Assembly: GCA_965372795.1 (NCBI GenBank)
Contig: CBDVDR010000010.1
Coordinates: 1 to 64,000 of the forward strand
DNA from: an uncultured bacterium
GTDB taxonomy: Bacteria > Zixibacteria > MSB-5A5 > GN15 > FEB-12
Direction of reading: 5' to 3'
DNA length: 64,000 nucleotides
Positions 49,701 to 58,981 of this stretch are shown here, piece after piece (positions within the stretch are counted from its first letter, which is position 1; each line of letters begins with the position of its first letter). The translations under genes were made by a program, and so were the position numbers. Under the pieces are notes generated by a model. The model was given only the letters and a program-made list of their open reading frames with translations. It was not told the DNA's origin and made no database searches.

Positions 49701-52193
49701 TACTCCTTCTCGCCATACTAATGCTTGATTCACTATGTAGTTATGCATACTGATTATAAATTGAGTTATGATCCCTTTTGGCATAAACTCATAAGAATAT
49801 TTCAACTGTAAATTATCTTGATAATTCCAATTATAATCTGGTTGTTCCCTACTTAATAACTGAGGTACAATATATTTTTTATCAGAAGAAGGAATTTCAT
49901 AACACAACATAAAATTCTTCATCAATTGCAACAACTCAAGATATTTATTATGTAATTTAGGTTCACTCCAAATCTCTTTAAGTTCGGCAAATGCAAAGTG
50001 TCCTTTGTTTGCTAATAAATACTTATGATCAAGAACTTTATACATAGTATTAATACACCATATAGGATTTAAAATAACAAACTCACTTAATATAGAGTCT
50101 TCTTGAAAATGGATAATAACACCAAGATCTTGTAAAAATTGACTGAAAAAAAGTTGATCTCTCTTTCCAGTTAAACCATTTTTATCACAGATAGTTAAAA
50201 ATTCATCTAAACTGATATAATTTCTATTATCACTATTCAATATCTCACGTACATTTTTCCAAGTTTTAGGTATAATAATTCCAATATGAGGAAGTTTTTG
50301 AATATTAGACTTGATTGCATTTATGATTTCTGATAAACCACGATTATTTTCTAAATTTGTTGAAAATGAGTTTTTGAAATTAGTAAACTCTTTATGAAGT
50401 ACAGATTCGTTGATATCTACTTTTCTATCACTCTTTTCATTCTTGATGATTAAAATCGGACTATCCGCACTGAATAATTTAATAGTATTCAACCAATAAT
50501 TAAGATCATTATCCTCATTCCGGCTATCAATCACAAGAAGAAATAGTGATCGATTGGTTAGAAAAAGCTGGTGAGTTTCATGATAAATCGGTTGGCCACC
50601 AAAGTCCCAAATATTAACACGTAATATCTCACCATCATCACTTTTAATAATCCATTTTAAATTGTTGATTCCTTTAGTAGGACTTTGATCTTGTTGTAAT
50701 ATCCAATCAGTATTTTCAATTTTTTTAGCAAGCGATGTTTTACCTACCCCTGCTTCCCCTAAGATAAATAAATTTGCTTCGTTTATATAATCAGATCCTG
50801 TTTCATTAAGTTGACGATAATACTCTTGAAGTGATTCTATTCCTTTAGATGCCACTTCATAAGGAGGATCTACAAGTAGATTATTCACGCAGTTAAATAC
50901 ACACAATGAATGAAGATTCACTATTTGTTCAGATATCTTTTCAATCGCATTGTGACTAATATCTAATTCTTTCATATTTGTTAATAAAAACAATGAATCT
51001 GGTAAAGTTTTTATTTTATTATTTGAACAATTTAAAGAAATAAGAGATTCTAATTTTTGTATTAAGTCTGGTATTCTTGTAATCAAATTATTACTAATAT
51101 TTAATGATCTTAGGTTTTTTAGTTGAAATATTTCTTTAGTTAATTCTTCTATGTTTGCATTACTTATATCTAATTCTATTATATTATTATGATTATCTGT
51201 TCTACATTTAACAAATCCCTTTCCTAACTTCTCCTCTAACACTTCAATTATTGATAAATCTTCTCCTGGCTTGCTCAAATTACATTCTTCAAATATGTAT
51301 TTTGTAAGATTGACTAATTCCTTCCCAACCATTCTTTTAGGATCTTTTTGGGGTGGTATTTCTTCTCCAAAACCATATTCAGGTTTATATGGAATTGACT
51401 GACTAATAATATATGTTAAAGCATCATTTTGATTCTCAACAGGTAAATAATCAAATAATTTTTCAGAGGCGTTCTGTTGCCATTTGATCAACAAATTTCC
51501 TTCTGCAGCTTGTTCAACTCTTGAAGGAAGAACAATAAGCTGAGGTGGATTTTTTTCTACTCGATAATTAGGTGAAATCTCATTTATATTATGAGCAATA
51601 TTTTTAATACCTTCTATATTTTGTTCATTTAGTGCAAACAACATTACGACTGCATCAGGTATTTGAATTGTACATATTCCACCTATATCAGTTGTGCCTG
51701 TTCGGCTGTCTATGAGACAAATATAATATTTCTTCTTTATTTCATTTTTTAAATACTCAATAAAATTGAAACCTTGCCAATTTTCGTATAGATCCTGCCA
51801 ATCAAAATCATTAACTTTTGAAGCATAATCGCTGTCAAATCTTCCACTTGGAAGTAAAGATATACTGCCCCCACCTTTAAATTTTTCTATATTTGGGAGA
51901 ACATACTTATCTAAGTTGATTAATTCATCTTCTTTAATAGGTTCATCACTTGTAAGTAATTTTTTATACTCATAAAATAAATCAATTAAACCAAAATCAA
52001 TATTATCATTTTTGATATCAAAAAAACGATGAATCCCAGGTGCTTCAAGATCCCAATCAATAACAAGTACATTTAAATTATAATCTTTAGCAAGTACCCA
52101 AGCTACACTTGCAAGAGACATACTTCGCCCTACTCCACCTTTATATGAATAAAATGTAAATATTTTTGAACTTTGCATTTTTAAACTAACCAT
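46755..52193 (-). CDS. 1812-aa multidomain protein: ParA/MinD-like (KGGVGR) + LRR + Roc GTPase + COR + NB-ARC/STAND + TPR
   Basis: YSYKGGVGRS/IDWDLEAPG/DSRTG; LxxLxISNNxI repeats; GEAGVGKT/WDFGGQ; GMGGIGKTT/LLIIDN/LLVTSR/MHP; six 42-aa TPRs. Confidence 0.9.
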   Translation of the reverse strand: MVSLKMQSSKIFTFYSYKGGVGRSMSLASVAWVLAKDYNLNVLVIDWDLEAPGIHRFFDIKNDNIDFGLIDLFYEYKKLLTSDEPIKEDELINLDKYVLPNIEKFKGGGSISLLPSGRFDSDYASKVNDFDWQDLYENWQGFNFIEYLKNEIKKKYYICLIDSRTGTTDIGGICTIQIPDAVVMLFALNEQNIEGIKNIAHNINEISPNYRVEKNPPQLIVLPSRVEQAAEGNLLIKWQQNASEKLFDYLPVENQNDALTYIISQSIPYKPEYGFGEEIPPQKDPKRMVGKELVNLTKYIFEECNLSKPGEDLSIIEVLEEKLGKGFVKCRTDNHNNIIELDISNANIEELTKEIFQLKNLRSLNISNNLITRIPDLIQKLESLISLNCSNNKIKTLPDSLFLLTNMKELDISHNAIEKISEQIVNLHSLCVFNCVNNLLVDPPYEVASKGIESLQEYYRQLNETGSDYINEANLFILGEAGVGKTSLAKKIENTDWILQQDQSPTKGINNLKWIIKSDDGEILRVNIWDFGGQPIYHETHQLFLTNRSLFLLVIDSRNEDNDLNYWLNTIKLFSADSPILIIKNEKSDRKVDINESVLHKEFTNFKNSFSTNLENNRGLSEIINAIKSNIQKLPHIGIIIPKTWKNVREILNSDNRNYISLDEFLTICDKNGLTGKRDQLFFSQFLQDLGVIIHFQEDSILSEFVILNPIWCINTMYKVLDHKYLLANKGHFAFAELKEIWSEPKLHNKYLELLQLMKNFMLCYEIPSSDKKYIVPQLLSREQPDYNWNYQDNLQLKYSYEFMPKGIITQFIISMHNYIVNQALVWREGVVLESEGNRAEIIEEQGKGELSIKVSGHGRKELYTEVIFILDEIHNSYSRLKYNKLLPCKCVVCLKSKSPTFYKYDDLMRFRENYKELQCPKSYEMVRVYDLIDDLSRIEKTILKATNDQSKNIMYNELYLNVNQKEKLSVFPENYTEVHSKRSSNYMTLSENGANTFVSYGIKKGIGWITKENRYKLQSIFTEIIDNTIEEYSRANPVADFDDKLLFYQSKIFLVELLKHRFFCKAGYKTNEIILSELKNNDKIKVPEKEQIHDFFNIFEKNIEADEELKKLAFGENYQEEIFTISDNVFDLFNLSKAIKVDTSEIKKDTKIIIDKLDDAIAGSDNSYPKELTALVRIPKKDIVGREIDLQNLRESLMQNHDTALINGMGGIGKTTLAAVYLTEFYDEYDHIVLLTIENSLEEAIIANTSLIKNLKIAEEELSEPLISCLNKLRTLQSKKPKLLIIDNAHESLAEHFDMLPKAPEWHLLVTSRERIENFKIIDLDFLPEDEAIELFNKYHSSFSTKEIRSIVKGVELHTLTIEILAKSAHRNHWKYETVRSAFTKDAKAGIKVKHNVNKIAKIDRIKSYITSIFDISGLSEQEVYLLKQFSALPNQWIDFEFLSRLLDKNKLDWSDEFGGMLENVCDQGFVLKDNKTDSYKMHPVLVEALIFRLDITIDDLKLLSKSVAGLLSYEQSNDNPIDKFRFIPFGEALLKQLRGDHTDITASLQSNLAMVYIELGQFEKARELLEQALQTNIEKHGEKHSSVATSQSNLAMIYKDLGEFEKARELLEQALRTGIEISGEKHPSVAIDKFNLALIYQELCHLEKARDLLEQALHLDIENYGDKHPTVAIRQSNLALVYRDLGEYEKARELLELALQTSFENFGDKHPSMASSQSNLALVYKDLGEYEKARELLEQVLQTDIKNYGDRHPAVAIRQSNLALLYQALGQLEKARELWKRAYDILLSVFGEKHPHTQTVKKFLQEISFR
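46797..47552 (-). repeat. Six tandem 126-bp TPR-coding repeats
   Basis: gctaaattg(g)a-type anchor at 46900, 47026, 47152, 47278, 47404 and 47530 (126-bp period). Confidence 0.92.
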
Positions 52194-52204
52194 AATTTCA
52201 TATC

Positions 52205-52870
52205 CTACCCAGGAGGACGAAGATTTTTGCTTTTAATCTCATTATGATTAAAGTATTTATCAGAAGTTTCCAACATTCTCACATTAGTAGGAGCATCTTT
52301 TCTATCCTTTAGATATTTATCTAATAGTGATAGCTCCATGAAGTTATGAAGATCATCCTCTCTTGTAACAATTCTACATTTCAACCCATTGAAATATTTT
52401 TTGGGAATTGATTCTAATTGTTGAGTATACAATTCATATAATGCTCCTTGAATGCCTGTAGGTTTTTTAGAACAGAATAAAAAACAAGAACAATGAGATT
52501 CAGAATCACAACAAGTATCAATAGTAGGTATTAGCTTTGAATACTTTTCATGAAGTAGAGCAAAATTATCAATTATATATAAGGATGCTCTTTCTAAAAA
52601 AGAAACACGATTACGATCATCATCAAAATCAACATCTTCATTTGCGCATATAAATTTATTTTCTTTTGATTTTAATATTTCTATTATAGATTTGTCAGAA
52701 AAAGGTTTCCAATCTTCTGATACATTTCCATAAAGAGTGTCCTTATTTCGATCAAGCCATATAGCTATTGACGATTTCCCCTTCCCCTTTAGTATTTCAC
52801 ACACTTCTGCAACTTCACTATGCCTAAGTGCAACAATAATGTAATTTAATGTCTTTTCAGTATTTTCCAT
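52205..52870 (-). CDS. FxsC C-terminal-domain-like protein
   Basis: IIVA...LYG...DWKPF...YIIDNFAL...Y...I..ID resembles the FxsC C-terminal pattern (by eye); directly upstream of a KGGVGR-ATPase/TPR gene. Confidence 0.5.
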   Translation of the reverse strand: MENTEKTLNYIIVALRHSEVAEVCEILKGKGKSSIAIWLDRNKDTLYGNVSEDWKPFSDKSIIEILKSKENKFICANEDVDFDDDRNRVSFLERASLYIIDNFALLHEKYSKLIPTIDTCCDSESHCSCFLFCSKKPTGIQGALYELYTQQLESIPKKYFNGLKCRIVTREDDLHNFMELSLLDKYLKDRKDAPTNVRMLETSDKYFNHNEIKSKNLRPPG

Positions 52871-53702
52871 TACAAAGTCTATTTATAGATTCTAATTTTC
52901 CGATTACATCTTCTTGAGATCTCCTAAATTGATTATCTTCACTTAATTTTTTTATAGGGTAAAAATAGAAGCGCCATTTAATTTCAATATCATCGACACT
53001 ATCATAATTGAGAATCTTTTTAAAAATTTCAATCAAACCATTTAAATCTTCAAGTAATTTTGCAATATCATAATATAGTATTTTACTGTAATTATTTAAA
53101 TCTTCATTTTGTATATTTTCTATCGTCTTTAATGCTACTGAGTAAATCCCTGATAATTCATCTTTGTTAAATACATTATTAATGTTTGATTTTTTTATCT
53201 TTATAAGAAGGTGATTAACTTGCCTTGTAATTTGTAAAAAACTTGATGCGGGAAATGCAGGCAAACTATCTCTATATTTAATCAAAAAACTCAGAAATAA
53301 AGTAGATGGAATTAACAGTATAATTAAAATCTTAAATAATAATTCTGCCACTACTTCTAATAAACCTTGAAAAGATGTTAAACCAAAGATGTAGATATCT
53401 TCTTGAATACCTATATATCCACACATCAATAAATTTATAGTTAAAATAATAAACAACATTAACAAAGGTCTCATTATTTGACCTCTGAATGCAAAATAGC
53501 AATCCCTTTGAAAATGATTTATCAAAATATAGACAGTAAATAAAAAAATTATTGTAAAAGGAAGACTTAATGCAGGATTTAGATTGAATATCTCAATTTT
53601 TGAAATACCATAATAACTCATCATCACTGTTACAAGGCTAATTAAATATAGTCCCCACAACCGAAATCCTAAGTAGTAATCTAACGTAAGAAGTTTACCC
53701 AA
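52857..53702 (-). CDS. Hypothetical membrane protein (about 4 TM plus C-terminal helical domain)
   Basis: Four hydrophobic segments; overlaps the next gene by 14 bp. Confidence 0.65.
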   Translation of the reverse strand: MGKLLTLDYYLGFRLWGLYLISLVTVMMSYYGISKIEIFNLNPALSLPFTIIFLFTVYILINHFQRDCYFAFRGQIMRPLLMLFIILTINLLMCGYIGIQEDIYIFGLTSFQGLLEVVAELLFKILIILLIPSTLFLSFLIKYRDSLPAFPASSFLQITRQVNHLLIKIKKSNINNVFNKDELSGIYSVALKTIENIQNEDLNNYSKILYYDIAKLLEDLNGLIEIFKKILNYDSVDDIEIKWRFYFYPIKKLSEDNQFRRSQEDVIGKLESINRLCNGKY

Positions 53703-53915
53703 AGTATATCCCTGATTTCCTTTAAATAAAAATGAGTAATTTATTATTAACCTAAAATGGCATAATATGTCAATATATTAATAATTTTTAAAAACTGCAA
53801 TATTTACTAATTCTTATGTAAATCATGATAGATGCTGGTTAGTTGTATAGAAACGCACTCTAAGTCTCCCACAATTCTTAAGTAAACCTAATTCATATAG
53901 TATTTTTTATACTCG

Positions 53916-56318
53916 TCATATCACTGCCCTACTCTCATATAAAGATGCTTGGAAGCCTATGAATGTATCCCGAATTGAACTAATATCACCCAATTCTCGT
54001 TTCGCATCAGGAATCGCTTTGTATTTTAGAATCAATAGATCAGGAAGTTTCTTTACATCAAGCTCACTTACGCCAGATTCCACATACTGCTTTAAAACAA
54101 AATCCAAAAATATTCGCTGTTTGGATTCATAACCATCATAATGTGACTTTGCAAATTCCGCTCTTTGACTTCGTTTTACAGGATTGGTACTAAATGCCAC
54201 AAAAGACAACACATCATACAAATCACTATCTTCCGCATGAATCATTTGTTGTAAATCTTGTAATTGGTTTGGAGTAAAGCCATGCTCATTCAATTCTTGT
54301 AAGAGTTGTTTTCGAGTATCTGGGTTGCTCCAAATAGCACGTAATTCATCTTCATCCTTGAAAAAATCAGGCAAGGCATCAAACATTGACTTTAAAAATT
54401 CTTCTGCTGAGATAGGTTTCCCATCAGGACTCCAAAAAGATGTCTGCACCATAAAATCTAATTCACGTACTTTATTATCTGATAATTTAACTTTTATCAT
54501 CTTTCGAGGTGGCTGTTTATCACATTCACAAGGTGCTTTTCCGCAAAACTCACATCGTTCAGGTGGGTCAGTATCGCACACACAAGGTCTCTCACCACAT
54601 GTTTGGCATACTTTTGGAGGTTCGTCTACACAAATACATACAACCTTTCCGCATTTTTCACAGGGTAAAGCATCGCCATCCCATTCAGGATCAAAAAAAT
54701 GATAATGCGCTCCGACAAAATCATATATTGTAAAATAATCCTTACCCTCAAATAAGCGGGTTCCACGACCAATAATCTGCTTGAACTCGATCATCGAATT
54801 TACTTTACGCATGAGAATAATATTTTTAAGCTCAGGAGCATCTACACCGGTACTTAATTTCTGTGACGTTGTTAGAATCGTAGGGATGATTTTCTCGTTA
54901 TCCTGAAAATCCCGTAAATGCTGTTCACCCCGCTTGGCATCATCAGCTGTAACTCTATGGCAATAGTTAGGATTGGTGCTGACAGACTGTTGGTTGATCA
55001 AATTTCGAACCCCAAGAGCATGTAGCTGGGTGTCACAAAACACAATCGTCTTTTGGTTTTGATTCATCATTTCCAAAAACAGTTTTACCCTATACTTTTC
55101 CCGTTCCATTATTTCAATCACACGATTCATTTCATTCTCGGTGTAAATCTTTTCCTTATCAATCTTACCCTCTAATATTATATCATCAGAAGTATAGATA
55201 TAATCATCAACTGTCGTACGTATCTGCTTCACTCTAAATGGTGTCAGAAAACCGTCATTGATTCCTTCTTTGAGAGAATAAATATAGACAGGTTCACCGA
55301 AATACTTATAAGTATCAATATTCTTATCCCGCTTTGGAGTTGCCGTAAGACCTAACTGCACTGCGGGACTAAAATATTCCATAATCGCTCGCCAGGTGCT
55401 TTCATCATTGGCACCACCACGATGACACTCATCTATAACGATAAAATCAAAATAATCTTTTGGGTATTCTCCAAAGTATGGTTCGCCATTATCACCGCTC
55501 ATAAAGGTTTGGAAGATTGTAAAGAAAATAGAACCGTTGGTAGGCACTTTCCCTTTTTTACGAATATCGTCTGGGCGGATTCGCACCAAAGCATCTTCTT
55601 CAAAGGAAGAGAAAGCATTAAAAGCCTGGTCTGCTAAAATATTTCTATCTGCTAAAAACAATATACGAGGAAGCCGCTTACCATCTCTTCGTAAATTCCA
55701 TCTACTATGGAATAATTTCCAGGCAATCTGAAAAGCAATTGCGGTTTTTCCTGTTCCGGTAGCAAGAGTAAGCAGTATACGATTTTCACCTTTAGCAATA
55801 GCTTCCAATGCTTTTGTAATGGCATTTTCCTGATAGTAGCGAGGTTGCCAGGTGCCACCCCGATCTTCAAAGGGAACCGTATGTAATTTATCCCGCCATT
55901 CTCCTGCTTCTTTATTGATGCTATCTTCTTCGGCAAAGGTCATCGCCCACAATTCATCTGGTGATGGAAATTTATCTACATCCGCTTCTTTACCTTCCAG
56001 CATATCGATACCATAAATCTTCAACCCGTTACTGCTGTAAGTATAGCGTACCTGTAACCTGCCAGCATAATCTTTGGCTTGCCCAACCCCTTCGGTATAA
56101 GGTTTTTCATCAGACTTAGCTTCAATAACTGCAAGATTACGGTTTTTATATTGTAAGACATAGTCGGCAAAGTCAGGTTTACTTCGTTTCCCGTTTCCGA
56201 TTAAACGACCCTTTGAGATAGGGAACTCCATGCGGATACGAGATCCATCCACAACACCCCATCCTGCTTGTTTTAAGGCTGGGTCAATATAGGTTGCTTT
56301 AGTTTCCGCTTCGTTCAT
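53916..56318 (-). CDS. hsdR: Type I restriction endonuclease R subunit (EcoAI/EcoEI-like)
   Basis: ADY.L...IEAK nuclease, ATGTGKT, DECHRG, TATP, QIIGRGTR. Confidence 0.93.
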   Translation of the reverse strand: MNEAETKATYIDPALKQAGWGVVDGSRIRMEFPISKGRLIGNGKRSKPDFADYVLQYKNRNLAVIEAKSDEKPYTEGVGQAKDYAGRLQVRYTYSSNGLKIYGIDMLEGKEADVDKFPSPDELWAMTFAEEDSINKEAGEWRDKLHTVPFEDRGGTWQPRYYQENAITKALEAIAKGENRILLTLATGTGKTAIAFQIAWKLFHSRWNLRRDGKRLPRILFLADRNILADQAFNAFSSFEEDALVRIRPDDIRKKGKVPTNGSIFFTIFQTFMSGDNGEPYFGEYPKDYFDFIVIDECHRGGANDESTWRAIMEYFSPAVQLGLTATPKRDKNIDTYKYFGEPVYIYSLKEGINDGFLTPFRVKQIRTTVDDYIYTSDDIILEGKIDKEKIYTENEMNRVIEIMEREKYRVKLFLEMMNQNQKTIVFCDTQLHALGVRNLINQQSVSTNPNYCHRVTADDAKRGEQHLRDFQDNEKIIPTILTTSQKLSTGVDAPELKNIILMRKVNSMIEFKQIIGRGTRLFEGKDYFTIYDFVGAHYHFFDPEWDGDALPCEKCGKVVCICVDEPPKVCQTCGERPCVCDTDPPERCEFCGKAPCECDKQPPRKMIKVKLSDNKVRELDFMVQTSFWSPDGKPISAEEFLKSMFDALPDFFKDEDELRAIWSNPDTRKQLLQELNEHGFTPNQLQDLQQMIHAEDSDLYDVLSFVAFSTNPVKRSQRAEFAKSHYDGYESKQRIFLDFVLKQYVESGVSELDVKKLPDLLILKYKAIPDAKRELGDISSIRDTFIGFQASLYESRAVI

Positions 56319-56319
56319 G

Positions 56320-57213
56320 TTAAAATAAATCCATTAGTTCTTTTGCGGATATTAATTTCTCATAAGTAGTATATTTTATGCTTTGCATCAATCCTTTTGG
56401 TGCTTTGCTATATTCTAATGGTCCAATTGGTTTTGCTGGAGCCACAAAATTCAATCGATATTTCCCCCCATCACCATAAGGCTCAATCGATTCGACTTCA
56501 GCAAAATGAGTAACTGCAGATATTGGTGCGGTCTGATATACCGCTATATACTTAATTTCACCAAGTCTACCACCACCAATTCTAATTGCGTACCAACAGT
56601 GTTCCCTAAGAAATACTTCTTTGAATCCATCTTCTTGAGCGGGTACTACAATTGTATCCTGAATACTTTTTTCTTCAATCGGCAGATTAGGTACCACATC
56701 TATTTTCGTGGCTTTTTCAAATACTCTTATTTCAACCAATGGTAATATACTCAAAATTTCATTTAGAAATTCTTGTGTATCAGCCTTTTCAGACTCAGTA
56801 AGAATTGGTTCATTTGGTGTAGTTGAGTTGTTTAATTTACATCGACTTGCATTTTTTGCTTGTTGAATAAGTGCCCATTCAAGCCAAGTAATGTGCGCTC
56901 GGTTTAGACCACCATTGCTTGAAACGAATACCAGAACTTTGTTCCAAAATTTCTTATTCTTACTGTGATCTTCTATTCGTTTCTTAATTCCATCACCTTG
57001 CCCCACATAAATAGTTGGGAAGTCATCCTCTTCCTCATAGCCAGCTAAGATATAGATACCCGCTTCATCAAGCTCTTTTCTATTCTTATATTTATCCCAT
57101 GCTGCACGAGATATTTCCAGACCGATACCTGTCCAGTTCATCTTGGTAATCATCTTGAAATCTTGCGGGTCTCCATCGGGTACAAATAAACGAATAGTAT
57201 AAGGTTTAGCCAT
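56320..57213 (-). CDS. GIY-YIG domain protein (DUF4357-like N-terminus) with C-terminal putative PUA-like domain
   Basis: AGIYIL...IYVGQG...RI..H...FW; C-terminal DTIVVPA..GF...F....WYAIRI...YIAVYQ.AP.SAVTH. Confidence 0.75.
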   Translation of the reverse strand: MAKPYTIRLFVPDGDPQDFKMITKMNWTGIGLEISRAAWDKYKNRKELDEAGIYILAGYEEEDDFPTIYVGQGDGIKKRIEDHSKNKKFWNKVLVFVSSNGGLNRAHITWLEWALIQQAKNASRCKLNNSTTPNEPILTESEKADTQEFLNEILSILPLVEIRVFEKATKIDVVPNLPIEEKSIQDTIVVPAQEDGFKEVFLREHCWYAIRIGGGRLGEIKYIAVYQTAPISAVTHFAEVESIEPYGDGGKYRLNFVAPAKPIGPLEYSKAPKGLMQSIKYTTYEKLISAKELMDLF

Positions 57214-57268
57214 GCGTCTTAATCCTTTCTTGTTTCCTAAGAGCCAATTGCTCTGGTTCCCGCATCGT

Positions 57269-57793
57269 TCATTTCGGCAATTTCCGATCGCCATTCACAC
57301 AGAGTATGGGGTTATGAGTTGTCAGTCTGAAATCTTTCCAGCGTATCTTTTTTGGTATTGGTAGTTCTATATTTAGATATTTCTCGTATGTGTTTCTCGC
57401 ACGAAGAAAAATCCATTCCGATTCAGCCAATTCGATTCCCATTGTTCTAACTTTGTCTCTTAACTTGGGAATGTGGGTTATCAAATACTGTTCGTTTGCC
57501 TGGTTATTTCTAATCCGTTTTGGTTCATCCAATATATCTATTAGGAAAATACCCTGCTGTTTTAGTTCAACCAAGAACTTGTCATACTCCTCTATTGATT
57601 CCGGTCGCTTGTCAAAATAGTGATTAAATATAGTAGAAGGTAAGCTCGTGTCATCTTCAATTTTCTTACCAATAGCAAGCTTTTGTGGAACATAAAAGAA
57701 TGTTCTCCCACTTGATGGCGGAGCTTCACCGATCAACAGAGTTTTAATCACTTCTGGTCTGTATTTATTCCTCTCTCGTTCGTAATCAATCAT
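57269..57793 (-). CDS. Hypothetical protein with uracil-DNA-glycosylase-like motif
   Basis: YRPE.IKTLLIGEAPP...FFY...GIFLID. Confidence 0.55.
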   Translation of the reverse strand: MIDYERERNKYRPEVIKTLLIGEAPPSSGRTFFYVPQKLAIGKKIEDDTSLPSTIFNHYFDKRPESIEEYDKFLVELKQQGIFLIDILDEPKRIRNNQANEQYLITHIPKLRDKVRTMGIELAESEWIFLRARNTYEKYLNIELPIPKKIRWKDFRLTTHNPILCVNGDRKLPK

Positions 57794-57820
57794 ACAATTA
57801 TGATTTCCCCTCAGATAGTC

Positions 57821-58981
57821 TCATGCTACTGCTCCTTCTGCTGTGGTCAGTTCGCCGTTGAATGCTTTTTGCAGGATAGATTTTTTCAAATCGTCTAATG
57901 AATCTAATTCTTTTTCGTATTGAGATTCAAGGACTTCGGTTTGTTTTTTTAAAATTTCAAGTTTTTCAATAATTTTTAATTGTGCATTCACTTTAGGAAA
58001 TGAGATAAAATAATTTTCAATAAACTCTTTTGATACACGTTTATGACCAACAGCACCGGTCATTACCATTTTTCCTTCTACTCTAAACTGATCTCTCGAA
58101 AGAAAGTAAAAAAGAAAATCAGACTTAATATCACCTAATGATCGAAAGACGATATATTCACTTGAACCAAATCCAATCCCATTTACTAAGTTACGTGCCA
58201 CACCAAGTTTTCCATTTTCAAAACAAGGCGTTATTTTTGCCATTAAAACATCATCATCTGCAAAATACGTATAACTTCCTGCAACTTCATTTAATTTTTT
58301 TTGCTGAGCAATAGGGATGTCTTTTTGTAATACCTTTAAATCAGTCATTGGTAGAAATGTCACCATATCTGATTGATTTAGTTTATCTTTTGCTTCTTTT
58401 TTCGGTGGTTTAATGAGAAACACTTCCCCTAACTTCTTTTCCACCCAACCGTCACCTTTTTGGGTGAAGATTTGGTTCAGTTCGCTTTGGAAGAGGTCTT
58501 TAGTGTTTTGCAGGTTGCGTTCTACATTGGCTTTGGCTTTGTCGATTGCTTCAAAGCATCTGTCCAATATGGCAACAATGCGTTTCTGTTCAGGAAGAAG
58601 TGGGATTAAAGTTTCAATTGCATAAACATCATTCCTGTTAATTCCCGGTTTTACACCTTTGGCAAGAGCTGGAAGTTCAAGTAAAGACAGCAGGTGATAC
58701 AAGAAATTAAGATTCAGTTCAGTTTTGTCAAACTTGACAAAGTAGGTAACATCAAGCGGCCAGAACTTTTCTTCTGTATAGTTGATTTCACCTGCTGATC
58801 CTTTTCTTCCAACAATAATGCTTGGTTCATCTGAATAATACTCGTTGGTTCTATCCTTAACACCATTCGCACCATAGACTGGATACAATCCTTCCGATGT
58901 TCGTTTATCTTTTGAAAGAGGCTTCCCATACTCTAACGAGAGGATATCTCCAATCTTTTTGCTTTCCCAACTCTGTTTCAT
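57821..58981 (-). CDS. hsdS: Type I R-M specificity subunit
   Basis: Two TRDs with P..EQKRIV..LD spacer; LKKSILQKAFNGEL. Confidence 0.92.
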   Translation of the reverse strand: MKQSWESKKIGDILSLEYGKPLSKDKRTSEGLYPVYGANGVKDRTNEYYSDEPSIIVGRKGSAGEINYTEEKFWPLDVTYFVKFDKTELNLNFLYHLLSLLELPALAKGVKPGINRNDVYAIETLIPLLPEQKRIVAILDRCFEAIDKAKANVERNLQNTKDLFQSELNQIFTQKGDGWVEKKLGEVFLIKPPKKEAKDKLNQSDMVTFLPMTDLKVLQKDIPIAQQKKLNEVAGSYTYFADDDVLMAKITPCFENGKLGVARNLVNGIGFGSSEYIVFRSLGDIKSDFLFYFLSRDQFRVEGKMVMTGAVGHKRVSKEFIENYFISFPKVNAQLKIIEKLEILKKQTEVLESQYEKELDSLDDLKKSILQKAFNGELTTAEGAVA

